This document shows positions 9,849-19,780 of a DNA stretch of 40,418 nucleotides, in pieces; position 1 is the stretch's first letter, and each line of letters begins with the position of its first letter. The position numbers and the translations under genes are program-made. This DNA comes from a virus (Duplodnaviria > Caudoviricetes). The notes under the pieces were generated by a model that ran no database searches, was not told the DNA's origin, and saw only the letters and a list, made by a program, of their open reading frames with translations. The DNA is taken from positions 1-40,418 of IMG/VR virus record IMGVR_UViG_3300033067_000326; one strand, 5' to 3'.

Positions 9849-10071
9849 CACTGACCCCAAGTTCCTGGACCGGGTCGACAAGGAATGTGAGTGGATCGAA
9901 AACAAAATCAGGCAGGTTGAGCGTACTAAACTACCTAAGCGCCCAGGTGCAATGGCAGAAATTCGAGACCTGCAACGTCAGTTGCGACACAGGGAGCTAG
10001 AGTTAGCATTCACTGGGCCCGAGTGGGCAAAGTACGAAAAGTACGGTATTTGGGAATCACTAACGTCCTAA
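9817..10071 (+). CDS. Hypothetical protein
   Basis: 84-aa ORF filling the gap before the hairpin at 10077. Confidence 0.5.
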   Translation: MKMSYYLKSPNTDPKFLDRVDKECEWIENKIRQVERTKLPKRPGAMAEIRDLQRQLRHRELELAFTGPEWAKYEKYGIWESLTS

Positions 10072-10076
10072 TAGAC

Positions 10077-10119
10077 AAGTCCTGCAATCAGTAATAAATA
10101 CTGGTAACAGGACTTTTTC
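10077..10119 (+). promoter_or_regulatory. Hairpin/terminator containing a late promoter and masking the gp13 RBS
   Basis: AAGTCCTG(10077-84)/CAGGACTT(10108-15), inner TCAGTA/TACTGG, ATAAATA at 10094-10100 over the loop, then T-run. Confidence 0.65.
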
Positions 10120-10120
10120 T

Positions 10121-11017
10121 ATGGCCACACAAGATACAAGCATCTACGATGCAAAGGGTAATTTACTTACTGACAGTTTATTCAGCGCAAACACTGGCAC
10201 AGGCGGCGGGCATATTGCCAACGATCCTTCGCAGTTTGACAGCGCAAACGCTAAACGTGCAGAGATCACTGACTATATTCGTTTCCGTTTAGCTGACGGT
10301 ATTGTTGACGTTGAACTAGATAAAGAACACTACGAAATGGCTATTAACCAAGCGTTGATCAAGTATCGCCAACGCAGCAGCAACGCAGTAGAAGAAAGCT
10401 ATGCATTTTTGAAACTGTTGCCTGAAACGCAAGAATACATCTTGCCCAAAGAAATCATTGAAGTTCGTCAGGTATTTAGACGTGGTATTGGTAGTGTTAC
10501 TGGGACCACAGCAAGCCAATTTGAACCGTTTGCAAGCGGGTATTTAAACACTTACATGCTGGTTGCAGGCCGTGTTGGGGGTCTTGCCAACTACGAATTG
10601 TTTGTGGGCTATCAAGAACAAGCAATGAAAATGTTTGGCGGGCACATGAACTACACATGGAACCGAGCCACACGTAAACTAACAGTTGTTCGTAAAATGC
10701 CATTCCAGAGCACTGGCGCAGCAACTACAGCAGACGCAGAAGCATGCTTGGTTTGGTGCTACAACTACAAACCAGATTGGATGCTGTTTAGTGATCATAT
10801 GAGCTTTCCGTGGTTACAAGAATATGCATACAGTTTTGCTAAACGTCTATTAGGCGAAGCTCGTAGCAAGTTTGCTAGCATTGCTGGTCCGCAAGGTGGC
10901 ACACAGTTAAACGGGGTTGCATTAATTGCAGAAGCAAAAGAAGAAATTGTGGCATTAGAAGAAGAGCTTAAACGCTTCCAAGACGGCGGTATGCCAATGA
11001 CATGGATAACAGGATAA
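10121..11017 (+). CDS. gp13: Neck/head-tail adaptor protein, T4 gp13-like
   Basis: DYIRFRL..G.VDVELD.EHYE.AI..AL..Y, YILPKEII.V, WLQEY..S.AK..LG.ARSKF..I.GP.GG..LNG. Confidence 0.8.
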   Translation: MATQDTSIYDAKGNLLTDSLFSANTGTGGGHIANDPSQFDSANAKRAEITDYIRFRLADGIVDVELDKEHYEMAINQALIKYRQRSSNAVEESYAFLKLLPETQEYILPKEIIEVRQVFRRGIGSVTGTTASQFEPFASGYLNTYMLVAGRVGGLANYELFVGYQEQAMKMFGGHMNYTWNRATRKLTVVRKMPFQSTGAATTADAEACLVWCYNYKPDWMLFSDHMSFPWLQEYAYSFAKRLLGEARSKFASIAGPQGGTQLNGVALIAEAKEEIVALEEELKRFQDGGMPMTWITG

Positions 11018-11021
11018 ACAT

Positions 11022-11750
11022 ATGAAAATTAACGAAATCATTACAGAAGCTAAAGCGATTACCCAACGTCTTGATGCTAAATGCTGGAAAGGCAAGCACA
11101 AAGAAGGTACCAAGATTAAAGGTGGCGTAAGAGTTAATAACTGTGTTCCTAACGAATCAATTGAAGAAGAGTGGAGCAAAAAATATAAAGACAGTATCAA
11201 TTGCTCTGACCCAAAAGGCTTCTCGCAAAAGGCGCATTGTGCAGGCAAAAACGAAGATATTGAAGTTGCAGAAGGGCACGGACGTTACTATTGCTCAACC
11301 GATAAGAAATGGAAAACCCGCCAAGGTCCAAAGCAGACTCGCGCTAGCGAATCGTTGGACGAATCGTTGGATAAACAGTTTGACATTATTGAAGAAATGG
11401 TCAACAGTTTAGCTGAAGAACACGGTGTTGATGCTGACGTTATTTGGGAAGACTTTGAATCGGTTGACGACAATGAACTCTACGAAACAGCAGCCTGGCG
11501 CCGCAAAGCTGGTAAAAACAAAAACGGCGGACTAAATGCCAAAGGTGTTGCTAGCTATCGTCGAGAGAACCCGGGCAGCAAGTTGCAAACCGCAGTTACT
11601 ACTAAGCCTAGCAAATTAAAGAAGGGCTCTAAAGCAGCTAAACGCCGCAAGAGCTTTTGTGCTCGTATGAGCGGGGTCAAAGGCCCAATGAAAAAGCCAA
11701 ACGGTAAACCGACTCGTAAAGCACTTGCTTTACGTAAATGGAATTGCTGA
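11022..11750 (+). CDS. Modular basic protein (DUF6321-like C-terminus), probable internal head protein
   Basis: MKINEIITE N-terminus; CWKG...NCVP module; AAWRRKAGKN..GGLN.KG..SYRRENPGS.L...RRKSFCARM...ALRKWNC. Confidence 0.65.
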   Translation: MKINEIITEAKAITQRLDAKCWKGKHKEGTKIKGGVRVNNCVPNESIEEEWSKKYKDSINCSDPKGFSQKAHCAGKNEDIEVAEGHGRYYCSTDKKWKTRQGPKQTRASESLDESLDKQFDIIEEMVNSLAEEHGVDADVIWEDFESVDDNELYETAAWRRKAGKNKNGGLNAKGVASYRRENPGSKLQTAVTTKPSKLKKGSKAAKRRKSFCARMSGVKGPMKKPNGKPTRKALALRKWNC

Positions 11751-12622
11751 TGAGATCGAGTGAGTTTATAACCGAAAGCCTGAGCAGAACAGCGTTCCAT
11801 TACACTAATAACAAAACAGCGCTAGCTATTCTAAACTCTGGTGTGTTCCAGCTTAGTGGATCTATTGGTAGTATAGAACAGCAATATGCACCGATGGGGT
11901 ATCCGTACTACATGAGCACGACTCGTACTCGTCGTGGCGGGTACCACAGAGCAATTGGCGAGCAAGCTGCATTATTTGTGTTAGACGGTAACTGGTTTAA
12001 CAATCATTATCCTTCTAAGCCTGTTGACTACTGGGAAAACAGAAACCCTACACTTGGGCATCACAGAGATTCTGAAGCCGAGGACCGTGTGTTTAGCAAA
12101 GAGCCCACTATTCCAATTGGCGGCATCACTGCAATTCACTTGTATTGCGATCCAACTGCTAACGACACAGTTAGAGCATGGACACGCCAAGCACTGATTG
12201 CAGCAAAGCGTCTAGGAATCCCAGCATACTTCTACACAGACAAAGCGGCATGGCAAAACTTTGACACTCGTAAACAGGGTGATGTTAGTACGTTAACGGG
12301 TCAAGAGCACACAGGCGGATGGACAAGCCGACATAAAGGCTATTTGCTACCGTGGATGGAGCTACTGCAAGCCAAAGAGCGCTCGCAGTTAAGCAAGCAA
12401 GCTGAAAAATTGCGCTATGCACTACAGTACGGATATAACAAAGAAGATGCAGTCCATGGCTTAAAAACAGACCTTAGTAATGCACGTAAACCTAATGGCG
12501 GTGCAGACCGTGCTAACGCAGTTAAGATTTATAAGTTCATGAGACAGAATGGGTTCATAACCATTTCTAGCTTTGTTAATGCGATAGCAGAAAAGTGGAA
12601 AGAGCCCGAACAACGGACATAA
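11750..12622 (+). CDS. Putative ADP-ribosyltransferase-fold protein
   Basis: TGATG coupling; MRSSEFITES N-terminus; FHYT...AILNSG.F.L, MSTTR, EAEDR motifs in ART order. Confidence 0.5.
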   Translation: MRSSEFITESLSRTAFHYTNNKTALAILNSGVFQLSGSIGSIEQQYAPMGYPYYMSTTRTRRGGYHRAIGEQAALFVLDGNWFNNHYPSKPVDYWENRNPTLGHHRDSEAEDRVFSKEPTIPIGGITAIHLYCDPTANDTVRAWTRQALIAAKRLGIPAYFYTDKAAWQNFDTRKQGDVSTLTGQEHTGGWTSRHKGYLLPWMELLQAKERSQLSKQAEKLRYALQYGYNKEDAVHGLKTDLSNARKPNGGADRANAVKIYKFMRQNGFITISSFVNAIAEKWKEPEQRT

Positions 12623-12681
12623 CACATTTGACACCGCTTGACTAGATAATATAAAATGCTCTGTAATAAAGGGCATTTTTT

Positions 12682-13293
12682 ATGATTATTGGAATTTGTG
12701 GTTTCATTGGCAGCGGCAAAGACACAGCCGCAGACTATTTGTGCAACTTTCACGAGTTTAGGCGAGAGAGTTTTGCATCTACTCTTAAGGATGCAGTGTC
12801 AAATGTGTTTGGTTGGGACAGAGACATGCTCGAAGGTCGCACCAAACAAAGTCGCGAGTGGCGTGAGCAACAAGATGAATGGTGGAGTACACGACTAGGC
12901 ATGCCAATTACTCCTCGTTGGGTGTTGCAGAACTGGGGCACTAATGTTTTACGTGCTCACTTCCATGATGACATTTGGATTGCTAGCTTAGAAAACAAGT
13001 TACGCACTACTAAGGACAGTATTGTTATCAGTGATTGCCGTTTTCCTAATGAAATCAGTGGGCTCAAAGCCCAAGGAGCTAAAGTAGTATGGGTGCAGCG
13101 TGGTCTAACGCCGCATTGGTACAGTATTGCTGAAACTGCAAACAGGGGCGACACTAAAGCAATTGAGTGGTTAGCTAAAGAAGGGATCCATGCCAGCGAA
13201 TACAGTTGGGCAGGAACTCCGTTTGATGCTATTGTAGATAACAACGGCAGCATTGAGCAACTGTATGCGCAGCTTAAAAATCTGGTAGTATAG
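12682..13293 (+). CDS. gp1: Deoxynucleoside monophosphate kinase (T4 gp1-like)
   Basis: IIGICGFIGSGKDT P-loop, SFA..LKD, TPRWVLQ.WGT, VISDCRFPNE, HASE. Confidence 0.9.
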   Translation: MIIGICGFIGSGKDTAADYLCNFHEFRRESFASTLKDAVSNVFGWDRDMLEGRTKQSREWREQQDEWWSTRLGMPITPRWVLQNWGTNVLRAHFHDDIWIASLENKLRTTKDSIVISDCRFPNEISGLKAQGAKVVWVQRGLTPHWYSIAETANRGDTKAIEWLAKEGIHASEYSWAGTPFDAIVDNNGSIEQLYAQLKNLVV

Positions 13294-13624
13294 GACCGGG
13301 TTTCCAGGGCAACTTGCTTTTGTTAACTTCGATTGCACAGTTAGCGCAGATAGTTTTTAAGTTAGCCCAGTTGTTATTGTTTAATTTGCCATCCACGTAG
13401 AACACCTGTAGTTGTTCTTGGTGCTTGGCAACAAAGCCGCATTTTTCGCAATGCGGCTTTTTCTTGTACCCGCTAAGTGCCCATGCTGGCCGTTTGGGCT
13501 TTAATTTCTTGCCTTTTCGTAAGCAGCTATCGCATTGCTTTCGGTAATACGTGATATCGTTCTTTTTACAGTTGATTGCTACCGGCCTTGCATTGCATGT
13601 AGGGCATATTGGTCGTTGATCCAT
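13274..13624 (-). CDS. Zn-finger protein with degenerate HNH-like domain
   Basis: Four CxxC pairs; QVFYVDG..NNN...NL.TICANC lacks the usual His residues; start moved to ATG 13624, 4 nt after TATAAATA. Confidence 0.6.
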   Translation of the reverse strand: MDQRPICPTCNARPVAINCKKNDITYYRKQCDSCLRKGKKLKPKRPAWALSGYKKKPHCEKCGFVAKHQEQLQVFYVDGKLNNNNWANLKTICANCAIEVNKSKLPWKPGPILPDF

Positions 13625-13628
13625 AGTG

Positions 13629-13636
13629 TATTTATA
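13629..13636 (-). promoter_or_regulatory. T4 late promoter consensus TATAAATA
   Basis: Exact match on minus strand. Confidence 0.65.
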
Positions 13637-13687
13637 GTGCAAACCTTAATTAAGGGCACCGTAACAGCCCGTTTTTATCATATCCAA

Positions 13688-13694
13688 ATAAATA
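13688..13694 (+). promoter_or_regulatory. Late promoter (ATAAATA) for tail sheath
   Basis: Upstream of AAGGA RBS and ATG 13726. Confidence 0.6.
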
Positions 13695-13725
13695 TTGATA
13701 TCGTGTATTATAAAGGAAACACAAT

Positions 13726-16700
13726 ATGGCACTAGTATCACCAGGTTTACAGTTAAGCGTAACCGATGAAAGTCAATACGTTCCAGGCGCAGTTGGATCT
13801 GTCCCGTTGGTACTATTGGCTACCGCACAAGACAAAACAAACCCAACCGGCGCAACCGCAGCTGGTACAACCAAAGCTAACGCAGGTAAATTGCAAGCGT
13901 ATGCTAGCCAACGTGAGTTGGTGAGTGCTTTTGGTTATCCCGCATTCCAACAAAGTGCAGCAGGTACGCCTCTACACGGTGATGAGCGTAACGAGTACGG
14001 TTTGTTGGCAGCGTACAGCGCATTAGGTATCAGCAACCGTGTTTATGCAATTCGTGCAGACATTGACGTTGCTCAACTTAACGCTACCGCAGTTCGCCCA
14101 ACAGGCACTGTTGCAGATGGCACCTACTGGCTAGACCTAGTCGACACTGACTGGGGTATCACAGAATGGGACGCTACAGCAGGCACTTTTACAAAGAAAA
14201 CTCCAGTAGTTATTACATCTGCATCTGAGGTTACTAACGTTAGCGGTGTTAACGTGCCAGTTTCTAGCGTAGGCGAAATTGGTTCTTATGCAGTAGCATT
14301 GAGCCCATCATTGGGTGGCGCATACAATGGCAGCGTATGGTATGTATTCAAGAAGTTGTCTGACAACTCTTGGGCCAAAGTTGGCGATCGTAACTGGATG
14401 AACGATAACCCAACTATCCGCGGAACCACAAGTGCCCCGATCATTGCTTCTAGCACTCCAGCTGCTTCTATCGTTATTAACGGTACAACAGTTACAATCG
14501 GTAGCACTTCGGTTAACAAGTCGTTGGCTGACGTTGTTGTGTCGATTAACGCCGCAGCAATTGATGGTGTAACTGCTCGTTCAGTTAACAGCCGCTTAGA
14601 GATTTTGGCAACTGATTTGTCTGAATCTAATGGAACAACAGCGGACGGTAAGGTTATTATTGCTAACGGATCGCAAACTCCATTGGCTACCTTGGGAATT
14701 ACTGCTGGCACTTATGCTCGCCCAACCGCAGTGTATGGCACATACGTTGAAATCCCAGCTTGGAGAAGCACTGACACTCTACCACGTCCATCGGGCAGCG
14801 TTTTTGTTAAAACTACTGCAATCGGTTCTGGATTGAATGTAGTGGTTAAGAAGTTCAGCGCATCTACACAAACATGGAATGTGCAAGCAGACACAGCTTA
14901 CAGCTCTCCACAAAATGCAGTTTACGGTCTAGACCCAAGTGGCGGTGGCTACAACATTGCAGCAGGTTCTTTGTATGTTCGTTATAACATTGACAATGCT
15001 GGCTATGTAACATTTAAGCCATACTACCGTCGTGCTAGCGGTGCAACTAAGATCGTTGCTGATGTAGTATCTGCAAGTCCATTCACTCTAAACGATTCGT
15101 TTATCTTGTCTACTTCGTCAATTGGCAACAGCACAATGACATCGTATACCATTACCTTAAGCGGTACTGGTCGTGCAAACTTCGTATCGTCTGTATTGGC
15201 AGCTAATATCCCTGAAGTTACCGCAGCAGTTGAAACAAGTGGTGCAATCAGCTTAACTCACAAGTATGGTGGTGAGATCACTCTTGCAAACAGCGTAGGA
15301 ACTCCTATTGCTGATGCTGGTTTTAGCACATCGGTTACTGGTGTACAATCTAGTGCATCCGGTGCATTGGAATTGAGCAACTTTAGCTCGTTGTCGTACA
15401 CATACAGCGTCACTGAGCCAACACAAGATCCAGAAGATGGAACATTGTGGTACTACGGTTCTGCAACTGAAGTTGATATCATGATCAATACAACTACAGG
15501 TTGGAAAGGCTACCAAAACGAAACTACTGATGCACGTGGTTACGACTTGAGCGCAACTGACCCACTAGGTGTTATTGTTAGCGCAAGCAAACCAACTACA
15601 CAAACAGATAGCAGCGCATTGGTTGCTGGTGATTTGTGGTTAGACACAAGCGATTTAGAAAATTGGCCAGCACTAAGCCGTTACAACGGTACAGCATGGG
15701 TTAAGATTGACAACACTGACCAAATTGGTCAAAACGGTATTGTGTTTGCTGATGCACGTTGGGCAACAGCAGGTACAGTTGACCCAATTAGCGGTTCGTT
15801 GCCAAGCGTTGTTGACTTGTTGGCTAGCAACTATGTTGATCTAGACGCTCCTGATTATCGCTTATACCCACGTGGTGCATTGTTGTTTAACACACGCCGC
15901 AGCGGATACAACGTTAAGCGTTTTGTAAGCAACTATTTCAGCGAAGCTAACTTCCCGGATGACACATTGCCAACCGTTGCAAATGCATGGGTTAGCGCTA
16001 GCGGTCTCAAGGACGATGGCAGCATGTATGCTGGTCGCCAAGCTCAACGCCAGATGGTAGTCACTGCTCTTAAGGCAGCAATTGACGGAAACACAGCAGT
16101 TCGTGAAGACCAATTTGCTTTCAACTTAATTGCAGCACCTGGTTATCCAGAGCTGATTGCTAATATGGTTGCATTGAACAACGATCGTGCAAACACAGCG
16201 TTTGTTCTAGGTGATTCACCATTCCGTTTAGCACCTAACACTGTTGATCTAGTTAACTGGAGCAACAACAGCGACAACGCAACTGGTTTGTCAACTAACG
16301 ATCCTTACCTAGGTGTTTACTACCCAGGTGCAGCACAAACTAACGATGTGCAAGGCAACACTGTAGTGGTTCCAAGCAGCCATATCACATTGCGCACATT
16401 CTTGCATAGCGATAATGTTAGCTATCAGTGGTTCGCTCCAGCTGGTACACGCCGCGGATTGATTGACAATGCAACTAGCGTTGGATACATTGATGCAGCA
16501 ACAGGCGAGTACAATGCAATTGGTGTAAACCAAGGTCTACGTGACACATTGTACGAAAACCGTATCAACCCGATTACTAACTTGCCAGGTGTAGGTTTAG
16601 TGGTTTGGGGTCAGAAGACTCGTAACCCAGTTGCAAGTGCAATGGATCGCGTAAACGTGGCACGTTTGGTAAACTATATCCGTACAATCCTTGCAAGCGT

Positions 16701-16968
16701 AGGAAACGGATTCTTGTTTGAACCAAACGACAAGATCACTCGTGATCAGTTAAAGACAATCATCAGTGGTTCGTTGAACGACTTGGTAAGCAAGCGCGGC
16801 GTATACGACTACTTGGTTGTATGTGACGATAGCAACAATACACCGACACGTATTGCACGTAATGAATTGTATGTTGATATTGCTATTGAGCCAATGAAGG
16901 ATGTTGAATTTATTTACATTCCAATTCGCTTGTATAACCCAGGCGACATTGCAAAACTAGGCGCATAA
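13726..16968 (+). CDS. gp18: Tail sheath protein (T4 gp18-like)
   Basis: 1080 aa; MALVSPG, ELVSAFG.P, WFAPAG..RG, RDTLYENRINPI, VWGQKT, DRVNV.RL, FEPND..TR, VVCDDSNNTP, IEP.K..EFIYI. Confidence 0.95.
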   Translation: MALVSPGLQLSVTDESQYVPGAVGSVPLVLLATAQDKTNPTGATAAGTTKANAGKLQAYASQRELVSAFGYPAFQQSAAGTPLHGDERNEYGLLAAYSALGISNRVYAIRADIDVAQLNATAVRPTGTVADGTYWLDLVDTDWGITEWDATAGTFTKKTPVVITSASEVTNVSGVNVPVSSVGEIGSYAVALSPSLGGAYNGSVWYVFKKLSDNSWAKVGDRNWMNDNPTIRGTTSAPIIASSTPAASIVINGTTVTIGSTSVNKSLADVVVSINAAAIDGVTARSVNSRLEILATDLSESNGTTADGKVIIANGSQTPLATLGITAGTYARPTAVYGTYVEIPAWRSTDTLPRPSGSVFVKTTAIGSGLNVVVKKFSASTQTWNVQADTAYSSPQNAVYGLDPSGGGYNIAAGSLYVRYNIDNAGYVTFKPYYRRASGATKIVADVVSASPFTLNDSFILSTSSIGNSTMTSYTITLSGTGRANFVSSVLAANIPEVTAAVETSGAISLTHKYGGEITLANSVGTPIADAGFSTSVTGVQSSASGALELSNFSSLSYTYSVTEPTQDPEDGTLWYYGSATEVDIMINTTTGWKGYQNETTDARGYDLSATDPLGVIVSASKPTTQTDSSALVAGDLWLDTSDLENWPALSRYNGTAWVKIDNTDQIGQNGIVFADARWATAGTVDPISGSLPSVVDLLASNYVDLDAPDYRLYPRGALLFNTRRSGYNVKRFVSNYFSEANFPDDTLPTVANAWVSASGLKDDGSMYAGRQAQRQMVVTALKAAIDGNTAVREDQFAFNLIAAPGYPELIANMVALNNDRANTAFVLGDSPFRLAPNTVDLVNWSNNSDNATGLSTNDPYLGVYYPGAAQTNDVQGNTVVVPSSHITLRTFLHSDNVSYQWFAPAGTRRGLIDNATSVGYIDAATGEYNAIGVNQGLRDTLYENRINPITNLPGVGLVVWGQKTRNPVASAMDRVNVARLVNYIRTILASVGNGFLFEPNDKITRDQLKTIISGSLNDLVSKRGVYDYLVVCDDSNNTPTRIARNELYVDIAIEPMKDVEFIYIPIRLYNPGDIAKLGA

Positions 16969-17045
16969 AGTAGGTACATAACGGGATCGTAACTGGTCCC
17001 GTTAACTACCCAAAATAAGGTAAATACCTATAACAGGAGATTAAG

Positions 17046-17663
17046 ATGGCAGTATCGTCACTAACAAGATTAACAGTACCATTAGCTACAAACCAAAGTG
17101 CATCGGCACAAGGTTTGTTAATGCCAAAACTCAAATATCGCTTCCGCGCAAGTTTTGAGAACTTTGGAGTGAGTGCTGACAAGACAGAATTAACTAAACA
17201 AGTTATGGACATCAAGCGTCCAAGCGTAAACTTCAATCCGATTACACTTGACGTTTATAACAGTAAAGTTTACCTACAAGGTAAACCAGAATGGCAAGAA
17301 ACTACCATCAACTTGCGCGACGATGCTGCTGGCAATGTCAGTCGCTTGGTTGGTGAGCAAGTACAGAAGCAATTTGACTTCGCTGAACAATCTAGTGCAG
17401 CAAGTGGTATTGACTATAAGTTCTTGTTGCGTTACGAAGTATTAGACGGCGGCAACGGCGCTAATCAACCTAACGTGCTTGAAACATGGGAATTGTACGG
17501 CTGCTTAATTAGCAGTGTGGATTATGGTGACATGAACTATGCAACCAATGATCCAGTTACAATCGCATTAACAATCCGTTTCGATAACGCTGTGCAAACA
17601 CCGACTGGTGCAGGCATTGGCTCGATTGTTGGGCGTACATTAGGTACTATGGTTACTGGTTAA
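17046..17663 (+). CDS. gp19: Tail tube protein (T4 gp19-like)
   Basis: Follows sheath; PKLKYRFR, RPSVNF, GKPEWQ, WELYGC, I.LTIRFDNA. Confidence 0.85.
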   Translation: MAVSSLTRLTVPLATNQSASAQGLLMPKLKYRFRASFENFGVSADKTELTKQVMDIKRPSVNFNPITLDVYNSKVYLQGKPEWQETTINLRDDAAGNVSRLVGEQVQKQFDFAEQSSAASGIDYKFLLRYEVLDGGNGANQPNVLETWELYGCLISSVDYGDMNYATNDPVTIALTIRFDNAVQTPTGAGIGSIVGRTLGTMVTG

Positions 17664-17697
17664 TCCAGACGAACATATAATATAGTAGGACTAATTT

Positions 17698-17722
17698 AGC
17701 CCGGTTTCGACCGGGCTTTTTT
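17698..17722 (+). terminator. Intrinsic terminator
   Basis: AGCCCGGT-TTCG-ACCGGGCT then T-run. Confidence 0.85.
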
Positions 17723-17753
17723 GTGACTAAATAATACAAATAGGACGAATATC

Positions 17754-19397
17754 TTGAGCATTAACCAATTCTTTAAGCAACTCGGTAAAGGAGATCAGAT
17801 TAAAGATTATCAGCATGCATCTAAATTGTATGTTGGTGACAACTTTAAACTGGCACCGAGACAGGGCTTCCTATACCACGTATTCTTAGATTTAGATCCG
17901 TCGTTCTTAAATCGTGTTGGTAGTGATCCGCGAATTCAAGCAGGTATGCTAGTTAAAAGTGTTGACCTACCAAAGTTCTCAATTGATACTAAGTCCCTGA
18001 ACAGCTACAACAAATATAACATTGTACAGACAAAAGTAAAATACGATCCTATTACAATAGCCTTCCACGACGATCACGCAGACGTTGTTCGTAGTATATG
18101 GTTTCAGTATTACAATCACTATTACAGAGATGCTGATTTGGGTTACTCTGACCCAACTGGCCAAGTGAATCCGGGTTATAGACAAAATACCAAGTATGGC
18201 CAACGTTCAACAAACGACTGGGGTTATACTCCCAAGACTGCAAATACAAGAATTATAAACGCTATTCGCATTTATAGTATGAGCCAAAAGAGATTTGCAG
18301 AGTACACTCTAGTAAATCCTATAATCACAAACTTCCGCCATGGGCAGCATCAAGCAGGAAACAGTGAGCCGATGCAGCACGAAATGACCATTAGCTTCGA
18401 AGCAGTTTTGTACGGTGCAGGATGGGTAAGTAATCAAACTGTTGCCGGTTTTGCTGACGCAATTTACGATAAGACTCCGAGTCCATTGACACCGGCAGGT
18501 GGTGGTACACAAAGTATTATTGGGCCAGGCGGACTAATGGCCACTGCTGATAGTATTGTCGGGGACTTGAGTAAAGAGCCTCCAGCATCTGCCGCAGCGT
18601 TCTTTAAGGCATTCCGTGGCTACCAAAACTTAAAAAATACCAACTTGGCCGCAGTTGCCAAGAAAGAGTTAACGCAACTTGGTACAGATATTCTGCGTGG
18701 CAATAATCCACTTAATAGACTGTTTGTTCCCAATGCAGGCACTCTTGGTGCAGGGTCTCCAATTTTTGAATATGGTAAAAGCAAGGGAACTGGTAATGCA
18801 GGTGCACCACCGGGTAGTATTACAAGCAATGGGGTGGGAGTTGCAACTTCTTCAAGTATGGGAGTAGCAGGAACTTCTCTAGCGGGACTAGGCTCAAGCA
18901 TTGCCAGTGGTGGCACAGCGGGTTTACTATCAATTGGTGGCCTAGTTGCAGGTGCCGGGGCACTAAACAAACTAATTAAAATTAACCCAACCACTGGTGC
19001 GGTGGATAGCGTGTCGACTTTGCCGAATAAGACAGCAGCAGAAACAAAACTGGCCGGTATTGCTGGTGCCAATGTTAATGCACAGGTACAAAATGACTTA
19101 GCTGATCCTAGTGCAGTAACGGGCGAAGTAGTAGCAGACGCAACTGATTACGCAATGGAGAACCCGTCCTACTTTGAAAACAATGGCACAGTGTCGTTAT
19201 CGACTAACCCTGCACAAGCAGAGTCTGCTAATGTAACTTCAGAGACTAGCAACAACGAAACAAGTCCTGGGCTAACCCCAGCCGAGCTTGCAGCGCAAAC
19301 ATTAAGCAATGCCGAGTCTCAAGCGCAATCTGATCCTAACTTTTCAATGAATAATGTGAGATTCTTAGATCTACCAACTGATCAAGGTGACGTATAA
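17754..19397 (+). CDS. Tail-tube-like/baseplate-tube junction protein with Gly/Ser/Ala-rich tail
   Basis: TTG start with AGGA RBS and CTAAATA at 17727-33; VKSVDLPKF, YDPITI.FHDD, YTLVNPIIT.F.H tube-like motifs. Confidence 0.55.
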   Translation: MSINQFFKQLGKGDQIKDYQHASKLYVGDNFKLAPRQGFLYHVFLDLDPSFLNRVGSDPRIQAGMLVKSVDLPKFSIDTKSLNSYNKYNIVQTKVKYDPITIAFHDDHADVVRSIWFQYYNHYYRDADLGYSDPTGQVNPGYRQNTKYGQRSTNDWGYTPKTANTRIINAIRIYSMSQKRFAEYTLVNPIITNFRHGQHQAGNSEPMQHEMTISFEAVLYGAGWVSNQTVAGFADAIYDKTPSPLTPAGGGTQSIIGPGGLMATADSIVGDLSKEPPASAAAFFKAFRGYQNLKNTNLAAVAKKELTQLGTDILRGNNPLNRLFVPNAGTLGAGSPIFEYGKSKGTGNAGAPPGSITSNGVGVATSSSMGVAGTSLAGLGSSIASGGTAGLLSIGGLVAGAGALNKLIKINPTTGAVDSVSTLPNKTAAETKLAGIAGANVNAQVQNDLADPSAVTGEVVADATDYAMENPSYFENNGTVSLSTNPAQAESANVTSETSNNETSPGLTPAELAAQTLSNAESQAQSDPNFSMNNVRFLDLPTDQGDV

Positions 19398-19780
19398 TGA
19401 CAACAGAAACACACGTAAATTTAGACCCAATTGATTTATCAGTAAATGATAATACTTCGCCTGTGCGGTATTTTAACAATTACTTTGATCCGTCTATCAA
19501 TGTAAGTCCAAACGTTGACGCAGCAATTATGACATACTTTGAAGAGTTGTCATTTAATAAACTTTCGGCTAAAGCATTGGCTAGTGCGGTTATATATACA
19601 AGCAAGACCCAAGGCGTTGATCCAATGGATACTTTGCGAGAGTTCACAAAGTTGCCCAAGGGTGAACTAAATGCATACTTGGTAATGTTCCTTAACTTAC
19701 AGCGTAAAGGCACAAGCTATTTAGGTATCACAAATCAGCCTATTACTAACAAATACGTTAACAGAGCTATTCTTCCATGA
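19397..19780 (+). CDS. Hypothetical protein (structural module)
   Basis: 127 aa, translationally coupled at both ends. Confidence 0.7.
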   Translation: MTTETHVNLDPIDLSVNDNTSPVRYFNNYFDPSINVSPNVDAAIMTYFEELSFNKLSAKALASAVIYTSKTQGVDPMDTLREFTKLPKGELNAYLVMFLNLQRKGTSYLGITNQPITNKYVNRAILP

